Notes under the pieces: model-generated
Databases searched by the model: none
Told to the model about the DNA's origin: nothing
Seen by the model: the letters and a program-made list of their open reading frames with translations, nothing else
Shown: positions 15,968 to 25,457 of the stretch, in pieces
Layout: every line of letters begins with the position of its first letter
Position numbering within the stretch: position 1 is the stretch's first letter
Assembly (NCBI RefSeq): GCF_002453355.1
Contig: NZ_DKGQ01000020.1
Span: 2,613 to 66,612 of the forward strand
From: Psychrobacter sp. UBA6766
GTDB lineage: Bacteria; Pseudomonadota; Gammaproteobacteria; Pseudomonadales; Moraxellaceae
Length of the DNA: 64,000 nt
Direction of reading: 5' to 3'
Made by a program: the position numbers and the translations under genes

Positions 15968-16466
15968 CTATCATTTTAATATCCACTATTTTGGTATCTT
16001 CAAACCATTCTTCACGAATTTCCTTACTCTGTATAAATCCATGCTGACTATAAAATTTAATAGCAGATATATTATTCTTTAGCACCCATAAACTTAAACT
16101 AAAATCAAGGTGACTCTCCCGAATATGGTTTAATGCTACATTCATTAGTTGACTACCAATCCCTAATCTTTGATATTCAGGCAAAATATATAAAGTAGTG
16201 ATTTCATAGCTATTACCTTCATTAAAGCATCCGATGAAGCCTAAAGCTATATGATTATTTCCTTCTCTACAATCGTAAGCTATCCAAACACTGACATTAG
16301 GATGGGCGATCACTTCTTTCCACATTTCCTTTTTATGAGATAAGATGTTTTTATCAGCAATATAAGATTTAGGTAACAGTGTTGAATAAGCAAAGTTCGA
16401 GCTAGAAAAATGAATGTTAGCAATGTCTATATAATCTTTTTGTTTCGCTTTACAAACCCGTACCAT
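15951..16466 (-). CDS. GNAT-family N-acetyltransferase
   Basis: It has an acetyl-CoA-binding motif A (QRLGIGSQLM). I place the start at the ATG at 16466 because GAGGAGAA lies 5 nt upstream. The longer ORF-track start at 16541 has no RBS. The gene is visibly more AT-rich than its neighbours. Confidence 0.75.
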   Translation of the reverse strand: MVRVCKAKQKDYIDIANIHFSSSNFAYSTLLPKSYIADKNILSHKKEMWKEVIAHPNVSVWIAYDCREGNNHIALGFIGCFNEGNSYEITTLYILPEYQRLGIGSQLMNVALNHIRESHLDFSLSLWVLKNNISAIKFYSQHGFIQSKEIREEWFEDTKIVDIKMIESALH

Positions 16467-16756
16467 ATTCTTCTCCTCAAAACATACTTGTGTTTGAACA
16501 ATTTTTAATTGTAAGTTTAAAAATATTAATCTATAAAACACAAGTTTATTATTATCTTATGAATGTCATTATAGGTTTGACGCTCTTAAACTATGGCTGA
16601 AATACGCAAATAATGCTATTATTGACGACCAACTTTAAAGGCTCAAAACATCAATTTTTGCGTCCTACTCCTTCTCAAGAAACATAACATATTGATAATA
16701 AAAATTTTATCATCATACAACTTATTCCCTTTTGATTGCACCAGTAAGAGTCTTCT

Positions 16757-19700
16757 ATGGCATTTGTACATCTTGGTATACACAGCGAATATTCCATTAC
16801 CGATTCTATCGTGCGTATTAAACCGCTGATCAAAGCGGCAGCGGCAGACAATCAAAGCGCGCTGGCATTGACCGATTTATCTAACCTGTATGCGACGGTG
16901 AAGTTTTACCGTGCTTGCTTGGGTGCGGGCATCAAGCCTATTATCGGTAGTGAAATTATTATGGATAATGAGGACACGCGATTGGTGCTGCTGGCGATGG
17001 ACAATGAAGGCTATCAAAATATCACCCGAATCGTGTCGCTTGGATTTACCGAAGGGCGCGCCGATGCTGCTAATCATGGGGTGCCAGTGGTTCAGCGTCG
17101 CCATGTTCTGGAGCATGCGGCAGGTGTCATTGTATTATTTACTGAAAAATCCGATGTTGGTCAGGCACTCGTTAGTTCTATGCCAGAAAAAGCCGAAGAG
17201 TTGCTGACTGAATGGAAATCCCAGTTCGATGATCGCTTGTATTTTGCTATCAAACGCACCAATCGCTCAGGCGAAGATGCTTTTATTAAAGCGGCTATTC
17301 ATGCCGGTGCCAAGCATCGCATTCCTATTGTTGCTCACAACGATGTGCGCTTTTTAGAGCAAGACGATTTTGACGCTCACGAAGCGCGCGTTTGTATCGC
17401 AGGCTCTTACGTCCTTGCCGACCCTAATCGTCCACGGCTGTATTCAGATGAACAGTATCTAAAAACACAACAGGAAATGGAGGCGCTGTTTGCTGATATT
17501 CCGCAGGTAATTGACAATACCTTACGTTTAGCCACTCGCTGTAATGTGACTTTGACCCTTGGTATTAATGTACTTCCTGAATTTCCCGTGCCCGAAGGCG
17601 AAACGATTGAATCGTTTTTCCGTGCAGAATCAAAGCACGGCCTTGATAGGCGGCTTGACAGACTGTTTCCTGTTGCCGAACGCTCAGATAATTGGCATGA
17701 GTTTCGCCAAAAGTACGATGAGCGCCTAGAGTATGAGCTTGAAGTTATCTTATCTATGGGCTTCCCCGGTTATTTCTTAATCGTCATGGACTTTATCCGC
17801 TGGGCAAAAGCTAATGGCGTACCCGTTGGACCCGGTCGTGGTTCAGGTGCAGGCTCGCTCGTTGCTTATGCGCTAAATATTACTGACCTCGACCCAATTC
17901 ATTACGACTTGTTATTTGAGCGCTTCTTAAATCCTGAACGTGTTTCAATGCCCGATTTCGATATTGACTTTTGTATTGAAGGTCGTGACCGCGTGATTGA
18001 TTATGTCGCGCAAACTTATGGCCGTGAAGCAGTCTCGCAAATCATCACCTTTGGTACCATGGCAGCAAAAGCGGTGGTACGAGACGTGGCGCGGGTACAA
18101 AGCAAATCATACTTTTTAGCCAATAAAATATCCAAACTGATTCCAAAAACGCCGGGGATTACGCTTAGCCAAGCACTTGAGCAAGAGCCACAGCTTAAAG
18201 ACTTAATCTCCAATCCTGACAACATGGATTATGAAGATGCCATTGAGATTTGGGAGATGGCGATTAAGCTGGAAGGTGTCTGTCGAAACGTCGGAAAACA
18301 TGCTGGTGGCGTGCTGATTGCGCCGCATAAAATCACCGATTTCAGTGCCATTTACTGTGATGACGAAGGTCACCGCGTCAGTCAATTTGATAAAGACGAC
18401 GTCGAAGCCGTTGGTTTGGTAAAATTTGACTTTTTAGGTCTGCGTAACCTAACGGTCATTAACGCCGCGGTGGAAAATATCAACCTGCGCCGAGCTAAAG
18501 AAGGCAAAGAGGCGTTAATATTAGAAGACTTACCGCTAGATGACAAAAAAGCCTATAAGCTGTTGCAAGAAGCCAAAACCACGGCCGTCTTTCAGTTAGA
18601 AAGTATGGGAATGAAAAAGTATTTGGCGAAATTACAACCGACAAATATCGAAGACGTCATCGCCATGTGTGCGCTCTATCGTCCCGGTCCGCTCGATGCG
18701 GGCATGGTCGAGATGTATATCGACCGAAAGCATGGCCGCGAGGAAGTTATCTATGACCATCCAAACCTTGAGCCAATTTTAGAAAACACCAACGGCGTTA
18801 TTGTTTATCAAGAACAAGTGATGCAGATTTCACAGGTTATGGCTGGTTATAGCTTGGGTGGTGCGGACATGCTACGTCGAGCGATGGGGAAGAAAAAACC
18901 TGAAGAAATGGCCAAACAGCGCGATATTTTCGTCACGGGTGCCACCTCGCAAGGTATTGATGAAACGACATCGGGCGGCGTCTTTGACTTAATGGAAAAA
19001 TTTGCTGGCTATGGTTTTAACCGCTCGCATTCTGCCGCTTATGGCGTGCTTGCTTATCAGACCGCTTATCTAAAGCAATACTACCCTGCCGAATTTATGG
19101 CAGCGGTATTAACGTCTGATATGAACAACACTGATAACGTGGTGTTCTTTATCAATGATTGCCGTGAAAACTTCAGTTTAACCGTTGTTAATCCGTCAGT
19201 CAATCGCAGTGAATGGCATTTTGTTGCTGATACGCCGACCAATATCATTTATGGCTTGGGTGCAATTAAAGGCGTAGGTGAAGGTGCGGTTGAGTCTATC
19301 GTTGAGGCGCGCCGCACGGATGGGCCATTTAAAGATTTATACGATTTTTGCCGCCGCGTTGATATTAAAAAGGTCAATAAACGTACCCTTGAAGCCTTGG
19401 TCAGTGCGGGCTGTTTTGATGATTTTGCTGCAACTTTACGACCTGACTTGCCAGCCGATGAAGCGTACGAGATTCGCGGTGCGCTAATGAGCCAGTTGCC
19501 AAGCGCCGTTCAAGCGGCCGAGCAAGACCGCCAAAACCGTGAAATCGGTATGATGGATTTATTTGGTGAAATGGACGGTGTAGTTGCTGCGCCGCCACTC
19601 GTCATGACGCCAGAGCTGATTTGGGGTGATAAACATCGTCTAAAAGCGGAAAAAAACACCTTAGGGTTATACTTAACCGGGCACCCTATCGATGAATATC

Positions 19701-20473
19701 GTGAAGAGCTCAAACGTTATACCTCAGGCGCTCGTCTCGATAAGCTGACGGACACTGGTTATAACGGTAGCTGTTACTTTGCAGGCTTGATTATCGATAT
19801 CGCCAATTTTGGAACGCGTAACGTCATTACCTTGGACGATGGCACCTCAAGATTGGAGGTTAGCTGTTATGCTGAGCGCTTTAATCGAGTGAAAGAGCAC
19901 TTAAAAATTGACGAAGTTGTCGTTATTAAAGGCAGTATTCGTGAACGTGATGGACGCTTATTTGCCCGTCTTGATAATGCCATAAGCATGGTTGATGCGC
20001 GTCTACGTTGGTTGAAGAAAATTAGTATCAAAGTCCATGGCAGCGACATTAACCTACTCACACGAATGCAGCCACTACTCAAATCTGCCCAAGCAGATAT
20101 CATTCCTGCACCGCGCTTGTCTTACCACGATGAGCAGGACGAACAGGGTAACAATGGAAGTGGTAGCGGCGCTTACGACCCATCTATGGGCGGCAGCTTA
20201 TATGACGAAAACGGCAATGATTTATTGGCGCTAGAAAATGATATGCATCAAGATGCGTTTCGTCAAAATGACAGCTACGCTAATAATGCCTTTAGTAATA
20301 CAGACGACTCTATTAACGATAACTGCTTACCACTTGGGCTAAGCATTTATGAAGAATACGGCATTGCCAATGTCGGGCTATCTGAGCATTGGCGCGTCTA
20401 CCCTAACGATGATAATTTACAGCAATTAAAGAGTATGGTGAGTGAAGACAATTTGCATTTTCATTATAGTTAG
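16757..20473 (+). CDS. dnaE: DNA polymerase III alpha subunit
   Basis: It has an N-terminal PHP domain (FVHLGIHSEYSITDS) and polymerase core motifs (PDFDIDF, GKHAGGV, FDFLGLRNLT), followed by an OB fold and a C-terminal domain. Confidence 0.97.
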   Translation: MAFVHLGIHSEYSITDSIVRIKPLIKAAAADNQSALALTDLSNLYATVKFYRACLGAGIKPIIGSEIIMDNEDTRLVLLAMDNEGYQNITRIVSLGFTEGRADAANHGVPVVQRRHVLEHAAGVIVLFTEKSDVGQALVSSMPEKAEELLTEWKSQFDDRLYFAIKRTNRSGEDAFIKAAIHAGAKHRIPIVAHNDVRFLEQDDFDAHEARVCIAGSYVLADPNRPRLYSDEQYLKTQQEMEALFADIPQVIDNTLRLATRCNVTLTLGINVLPEFPVPEGETIESFFRAESKHGLDRRLDRLFPVAERSDNWHEFRQKYDERLEYELEVILSMGFPGYFLIVMDFIRWAKANGVPVGPGRGSGAGSLVAYALNITDLDPIHYDLLFERFLNPERVSMPDFDIDFCIEGRDRVIDYVAQTYGREAVSQIITFGTMAAKAVVRDVARVQSKSYFLANKISKLIPKTPGITLSQALEQEPQLKDLISNPDNMDYEDAIEIWEMAIKLEGVCRNVGKHAGGVLIAPHKITDFSAIYCDDEGHRVSQFDKDDVEAVGLVKFDFLGLRNLTVINAAVENINLRRAKEGKEALILEDLPLDDKKAYKLLQEAKTTAVFQLESMGMKKYLAKLQPTNIEDVIAMCALYRPGPLDAGMVEMYIDRKHGREEVIYDHPNLEPILENTNGVIVYQEQVMQISQVMAGYSLGGADMLRRAMGKKKPEEMAKQRDIFVTGATSQGIDETTSGGVFDLMEKFAGYGFNRSHSAAYGVLAYQTAYLKQYYPAEFMAAVLTSDMNNTDNVVFFINDCRENFSLTVVNPSVNRSEWHFVADTPTNIIYGLGAIKGVGEGAVESIVEARRTDGPFKDLYDFCRRVDIKKVNKRTLEALVSAGCFDDFAATLRPDLPADEAYEIRGALMSQLPSAVQAAEQDRQNREIGMMDLFGEMDGVVAAPPLVMTPELIWGDKHRLKAEKNTLGLYLTGHPIDEYREELKRYTSGARLDKLTDTGYNGSCYFAGLIIDIANFGTRNVITLDDGTSRLEVSCYAERFNRVKEHLKIDEVVVIKGSIRERDGRLFARLDNAISMVDARLRWLKKISIKVHGSDINLLTRMQPLLKSAQADIIPAPRLSYHDEQDEQGNNGSGSGAYDPSMGGSLYDENGNDLLALENDMHQDAFRQNDSYANNAFSNTDDSINDNCLPLGLSIYEEYGIANVGLSEHWRVYPNDDNLQQLKSMVSEDNLHFHYS

Positions 20474-20602
20474 CACGATCGTTACTAGAATAGTCGTTAC
20501 AGGTTAATAAACTTATTTTACCGTTAACCCCTTTAGTTGTATTAAAAATCTTATTATTTTTGACTCAACTGCTTTAACTTTTCATATATTGGACACTTTA
20601 CT

Positions 20603-20980
20603 ATGGCTGAAAATTCGAATAATACCCCTGCCAACATTGACGATGAAATTATCGATACCGAGCAGTTTGAAGATATGCGCGATTTACTAGAAGAAGATTT
20701 TGTTGATTTGATTCAAGTTTATTTTACCGACAGCCACGAGCGCATTGCCAAACTAAGACACACACAACAAGATGAGGATAACGCCAATGGCTATGAGATA
20801 GCTCATGCGCTAAAGGGTGCCAGTGCCAATTTAGGCGCGACTCAATTGACCCGTCTTAGTAGCCAATTACAAGAAGCTTGCCGTGAGCGCCTCATTGGCG
20901 AACAAGCTGAACTGATTGAAGAAGTCTCAGCGGCCTTGCACCGGGCTGAACAAGAAATCAAACAAAGACTGGGGCTATAA
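20603..20980 (+). CDS. stand-alone Hpt (histidine phosphotransfer) domain protein
   Basis: This 125-aa acidic protein carries the canonical Hpt motif HALKGASANLGA. Its stop overlaps the next start (TAATG, 20978-20982). Confidence 0.75.
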   Translation: MAENSNNTPANIDDEIIDTEQFEDMRDLLEEDFVDLIQVYFTDSHERIAKLRHTQQDEDNANGYEIAHALKGASANLGATQLTRLSSQLQEACRERLIGEQAELIEEVSAALHRAEQEIKQRLGL

Positions 20981-21867
20981 TGCATAACGATTCTGCCTCA
21001 ACCTTAGTGCCTTCAACTTCAACCGTTAGTCATACGGTAAGCGATTACCTAACTTGCTTACAAATTGTCATGGTCAATACCACCTTACCTGCCAATATTG
21101 GCTCAGCCGCTCGCGCCATGCATACGATGGGGTTATCGCGTCTGACGGTTGTCGATCCAAAGCTGCCCATTGATGAAACCAGCATTTCGCACGCAGCAGG
21201 CGGTAGTGAATTGCTTTCTTTAGCGACCATAACTCCGACGCTCGAATCAGCAATAGCGGACTGTCAGCTCGTGTTTGCTGCTAGCAGCCGTAATCGTCAT
21301 ATGCCGCGCCCGGTAGTGACTCCAACGCAAGCTGCCAAAATCATGTTTGACTTTATCGATAAGCAAACTGCTCTTAATTTAGCCAATGACAGTGGAAGTA
21401 CGCAATCTATCAGTAAGCCTCATATCGCCATTTTATTTGGCCGTGAAGATCGCGGCTTGACCAATGAAGAGCTGGCGTTCGCCGATTATCATATTCAAAT
21501 CGATGCCAATCCTGCTTATCCCGTGCTTAACGTTGCGTCAGCTGTACAAGTGATTGCCAGCTTTATCTTTGCTTATGCGCAGACGCATACTCAAACGACA
21601 AGCAGCGATAATATTTCAAGTACAAACGCTCAACCGATGTTAAATGTGCATTTGCGTCAACAGTGGGATGAGCCTGCCATTACCCAACAGCAGCTGCAAC
21701 AGCTTGTTCAGCGCACCACTGATTTGATGGTCCAACGCGGACTTGCAGACAGCGAACATTTAAAATCATTACCAGTGCGGCTGTCGCGCCTCGGTTCACG
21801 CGTTCAGTTAGATCAAAAAGAATACCAGCTATTAAGTGCGGTGATTGCCAAGCTTGCAAAAAGCTAA
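20980..21867 (+). CDS. trmJ: SpoU/TrmH-family tRNA 2-prime-O-methyltransferase, TrmJ-like, with C-terminal extension
   Basis: It has SPOUT motifs (NIGSAARAMHTMG, ILFGREDRGLTNEEL, LNVASAV) and a TrmJ-type C-terminal helical extension. It sits next to cysE, as in Pseudomonas/Acinetobacter. Confidence 0.75.
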   Translation: MHNDSASTLVPSTSTVSHTVSDYLTCLQIVMVNTTLPANIGSAARAMHTMGLSRLTVVDPKLPIDETSISHAAGGSELLSLATITPTLESAIADCQLVFAASSRNRHMPRPVVTPTQAAKIMFDFIDKQTALNLANDSGSTQSISKPHIAILFGREDRGLTNEELAFADYHIQIDANPAYPVLNVASAVQVIASFIFAYAQTHTQTTSSDNISSTNAQPMLNVHLRQQWDEPAITQQQLQQLVQRTTDLMVQRGLADSEHLKSLPVRLSRLGSRVQLDQKEYQLLSAVIAKLAKS

Positions 21868-22060
21868 AGGTAGTGTCGTCGATACTTATATACTGAAATA
21901 CGCTTATACGCTGAAATAGATGGATATGAGTTTGCGTATCGCTTATCAGTCAACGCTGTATTTTACGACCCAAAGCTGTTATAACCTTAAGAGATGTCAT
22001 TGTGATTTTTTTGACAATGTTTTCCTGACAGTATTTTCCTGACAATAGATAGGACGCTTT

Positions 22061-22972
22061 ATGTCATTGCCAACCTCCTTGTTCAAGTCACTTACCCGTA
22101 TCAAAAAAGACTTAAAAGAAGATATCGAAGCGGTGTTCAATCGCGACCCTGCGGCGCGTAACAGCCTAGAAGTCCTTTTGACCTACCCTGGCATCCACGC
22201 CCTGATTTTGCATCGCGGCGCGCATTGCCTTTGGCAAAATGAGCAAAAACTGGCAGCGCGTGCCATCTCTTACGGCTCGCGTATCATCACTGGCATTGAG
22301 ATCCATCCTGCGGCCAAAATCGGCAAGCGTTTTTTTATTGACCATGGCGTTGGTGTAGTCATTGGTGAGACGGCTGAGATTGGCAATGACGTTACCCTTT
22401 ATCATGGCGTGACGCTTGGCGGCGTCTCATGGAATAATGGCAAACGCCACCCAACCTTAGAGGACGGTGTCATCGTCGGTGCTGGCGCTAAAGTGTTAGG
22501 GCCATTTACCGTAGGTAAAAATGCCAAGATTGGCTCAAATGCCGTGGTCGTCAAACCCGTTCCTGCGGGTGCAACGATGGTTGGTAGTGCCGCTCGTATG
22601 ATTTCAGACCATCATGATGAAAAAGGCAATCCTATTGTTACCAAGGTACAAGACGCCAAACAGCAAGAAAAAGTCGCGCAAGCAGGTACAACTGCTGACC
22701 AGCAGGAAAAAGACGCTACTTCTAACACTGCACGAGCAACGGCGTTTCAGGCTTATGGGATTGACCCTTCTTCGCAAGATCCAGTTGCTGAAGCCTTTGC
22801 TAAAATGCTCGAACATATTCAACAATCAGAAAACCGTCTTGATCAATTGCAGGCGGCGATGTGCAAGATAGACCCAAACTTTTGTAAAAAGGAATACGAT
22901 AAACTGTGCTTAGAAGATTTAGATGTTATTGGCCGTACTGATATGGATGCAGCGGGCACTGAGCAGAAATAA
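22061..22972 (+). CDS. cysE: serine O-acetyltransferase (short N-terminus, long C-terminal extension)
   Basis: It has the hexapeptide-repeat core [42 protein letters not shown]...[20 protein letters not shown]. Confidence 0.9.
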   Translation: MSLPTSLFKSLTRIKKDLKEDIEAVFNRDPAARNSLEVLLTYPGIHALILHRGAHCLWQNEQKLAARAISYGSRIITGIEIHPAAKIGKRFFIDHGVGVVIGETAEIGNDVTLYHGVTLGGVSWNNGKRHPTLEDGVIVGAGAKVLGPFTVGKNAKIGSNAVVVKPVPAGATMVGSAARMISDHHDEKGNPIVTKVQDAKQQEKVAQAGTTADQQEKDATSNTARATAFQAYGIDPSSQDPVAEAFAKMLEHIQQSENRLDQLQAAMCKIDPNFCKKEYDKLCLEDLDVIGRTDMDAAGTEQK

Positions 22973-23027
22973 TTGCTAGCTAATAGGATTATTGTTAATT
23001 TAAAGCTCAGTAGTATTTGTAGTGAGT

Positions 23028-23055
23028 AAAAAAAGAGGCCAGGTAGCCTCTTTTT
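23028..23055 (+). terminator. rho-independent terminator after cysE
   Basis: AAAAGAGGC-CAGGTA-GCCTCTTTT followed by T. Confidence 0.75.
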
Positions 23056-23226
23056 CACTTTAACCAATGAAGAAATAGCGCTTTATTGACTAGCTATTCA
23101 ATAGACAATATTTATAAAAATGACGAGTCAGGCCGCTTTAAAAAACGATAATCACTTTATACTTGAGCTCGCTTCTATCGTATCGACATTGGTATATTGC
23201 TCGAATAGCCTTCTTAGCTATTCAAT

Positions 23227-23784
23227 TCAGCCTTTCAAACTGCCTTCCTTTGCTAACTCTTCAATCCCTGCTGTTTCATGAGCTTTGAATGGATAACGAT
23301 CTGCCATGATTATCCATTTGTTAGAGCTTTTAGCGATTTTTTTAGATATTCGTTTATTGCTTAGGCTATTTTTATCAAATACAGTTTGTATCAGTAGAAT
23401 ATCGATATCCATGGTGACTTCTTTTATTGGTGTTTGTGCTTCCGTTAGACGTTGTCTATGACAGTCACTTTCAATTTGTTTAAATATCTGCTGTAACTGT
23501 TGTAAACTGATGGGTGTATCGAGTACAAGATAAACACACTGATTGGTATAATCGGGTTTTGGTAGCTCAGGCGTAGAGGTAAAATCAGGATTTTGAAATG
23601 CCGTTGAGAGCTGTATTTCACCTAAAGCCGCAAGCTGTTCACGGGCGTACGGTAAGTATTTTTCGGCTTGATAATTACTCCCTAAGGCGAGCAGTACTGC
23701 CGATACAGAATGCGTTTGCAGCTGTTCAGGCGCGTACTGTTTTAACTCTTCAAGACCCAAATCAGCCAATGCTTTATGTGTCAT
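23227..23784 (-). CDS. folK: 2-amino-4-hydroxy-6-hydroxymethyldihydropteridine diphosphokinase (divergent)
   Basis: It has LLALGSN..., ...PDYTNQCV.L.T..., and TMDIDILL, equivalent to the E. coli FolK AIGSN / PDYLN / LDLDIML motifs. It lies immediately downstream of folB. Confidence 0.6.
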   Translation of the reverse strand: MTHKALADLGLEELKQYAPEQLQTHSVSAVLLALGSNYQAEKYLPYAREQLAALGEIQLSTAFQNPDFTSTPELPKPDYTNQCVYLVLDTPISLQQLQQIFKQIESDCHRQRLTEAQTPIKEVTMDIDILLIQTVFDKNSLSNKRISKKIAKSSNKWIIMADRYPFKAHETAGIEELAKEGSLKG

Positions 23785-23788
23785 CAGA

Positions 23789-24193
23789 TTAACTATCTTG
23801 GTTTATATTGGATTCGGCTATTAAGCCTTTGGGATAACGGGTGATTTGCACCCCAACCGCATCCGCTTGTTGAATAGCTGTTGGCTTGGCAACGCTTAAC
23901 GTTATTTTATGACAGTTGTATTTTTCCAGTAACTTATCTGCAATTTGACCAGCCAAATGCTCAAGCAGCTGCGCTTGAATGGCTTGGCACCATGCGCTGA
24001 CATCATCACAGACTGCTTTATAGTTCAGCGCATCATTAACATCATCTGAGATGGCCGCACGGCTGATGTCGGTTTCAAGCGCAATATCAATCAGCAAAGG
24101 TTGCGTGATGGCGCGTTCCCACGCATAAACACCAATGACCGCTTCTACGGTTAAGCCTTTGACAAATACCACATCAAATTCGGTATGAAACAT
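23789..24193 (-). CDS. folB: dihydroneopterin aldolase
   Basis: VFVKGLTVEAVIGVYAWERAITQPLLIDIAL... is a typical FolB N-terminus, and the length fits at 134 aa. Confidence 0.85.
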   Translation of the reverse strand: MFHTEFDVVFVKGLTVEAVIGVYAWERAITQPLLIDIALETDISRAAISDDVNDALNYKAVCDDVSAWCQAIQAQLLEHLAGQIADKLLEKYNCHKITLSVAKPTAIQQADAVGVQITRYPKGLIAESNINQDS

Positions 24194-24234
24194 GCGCTTA
24201 TCCTTATTTATTATAGTTTTATTTTAAGACAACT

Positions 24235-25200
24235 TTACGATAACGCCTCTTCGCGCAGGCGTTCGGCTTTTAATGCTTTACTCGGACGATGGCGCCACAA
24301 GTCAATACTAAATAATAACAGCCCGAACCAAATCAAGCCAAATACCGCGAGGCGATGCAAGTCAAAAGGCTCGTTATAATAAAATACCGCCAAGAAGAAA
24401 ATAAAGGTCGGCGTCAGATAATTCATAAAACTTAGAATACTAAAGGCGACCATCTTAGTCGATTTATTAAATAACAATAATGGTATCAGCGTAATCGGGC
24501 CTGCCAGCATCAAAAGCCAGATGTTTGAGGTAAACCAAAAACTTAACTGACTACTTACCACATCGGCTTGCCAAAACCACCATAAACAAATCGGCACTAG
24601 CATGGTAGTTTCTACAAACATAGCGTCAACAGCCGTAAGCGGTGTTTGGCGCTGGATAGTGCCATAAGTACTAAAACTAAAGGCTAAAATCAGCGATATC
24701 CATGGCAAGCTTCCAATCATAACCACTTGGATCAACACCGATAATAAGGCAAAACCAATAGCAACCCACTGTAAAGGACGCAAGCGTTCTTTAAATAAAA
24801 TCATTGATAGCGCGACGCCGACCAGGGGTCCGATAAAGTATCCCAAACTGGCCTCAAGAATGTGGTCGTGGTTGACCGCCCAAACATAAGTTAGCCAGTT
24901 GGTGGCAATAATCAGTCCCGATATAAAGGAGAATGCTATCCATCTCGGGTTTTTCTTTAGTGTATCAATCCACTGCCAGCGCTTGGTCACCACCAACACG
25001 ATAAGCAGGCAAGCAAACGTCCATATTATGCGGTGACCGATAATCTCGGTGGCATCATAAGCGGCGAGCTGCTTAAAGTATAACGGAAAAGCCCCCCAAA
25101 TAAAGAACGCTGTCAGCGCGGTAGCAATACCGCGTCTGGATGTTTGAATAGGAGCAACGGTTTTTTTGACGACGTTTTGAGTAGTCATAAGACAATACAA
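24235..25200 (-). CDS. rarD: EamA/DMT-family transporter, RarD-like
   Basis: It is a 10-TM hydrophobic protein. The N-terminal RRGIATALTAFFIWGAFPLYFKQL resembles the RarD signature. Confidence 0.7.
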   Translation of the reverse strand: MYCLMTTQNVVKKTVAPIQTSRRGIATALTAFFIWGAFPLYFKQLAAYDATEIIGHRIIWTFACLLIVLVVTKRWQWIDTLKKNPRWIAFSFISGLIIATNWLTYVWAVNHDHILEASLGYFIGPLVGVALSMILFKERLRPLQWVAIGFALLSVLIQVVMIGSLPWISLILAFSFSTYGTIQRQTPLTAVDAMFVETTMLVPICLWWFWQADVVSSQLSFWFTSNIWLLMLAGPITLIPLLLFNKSTKMVAFSILSFMNYLTPTFIFFLAVFYYNEPFDLHRLAVFGLIWFGLLLFSIDLWRHRPSKALKAERLREEALS

Positions 25201-25457
25201 CTTTTTAGAGCAAAGCGCGCCCTCACTTACTTTTAAACCATCATAAAGTCATAAAAGTAAGGACGCAGGGTTACTACAGATAGGATAAAAGGTAAAAAGC
25301 AATGGGTTAATGCCAATACGGCACCAACACATTGCTCACGACAACTGCTATTTTAAAATAAATTTTACAACAAATTAAAAAATACGCTTTTGAACTTCAG
25401 AAAATAAAACTTTAAAAGTTAAGAATGTTTCTTATCAGGTTAATACTAACTTCCGTA

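Noticed and set aside
22600-22972. About 125-residue C-terminal extension of CysE ending in ...TEQK (no C-terminal Ile), considered as a novel fusion.
   Set aside because: As far as I recall, the short-N-terminus serine acetyltransferases of pseudomonads and Moraxellaceae carry a similar conserved tail (F.AYG..........DP......L...). It is therefore probably a family trait rather than a novelty. This cannot be verified without a database search.
23091-23227. 12-bp direct repeat TAGCTATTCAAT at 23091-23102 and 23216-23227 flanking about 115 bp downstream of cysE, considered as the footprint of an excised element.
   Set aside because: The match is a short AT-rich sequence with no inverted repeats or coding remnant between the copies, so it is compatible with chance.
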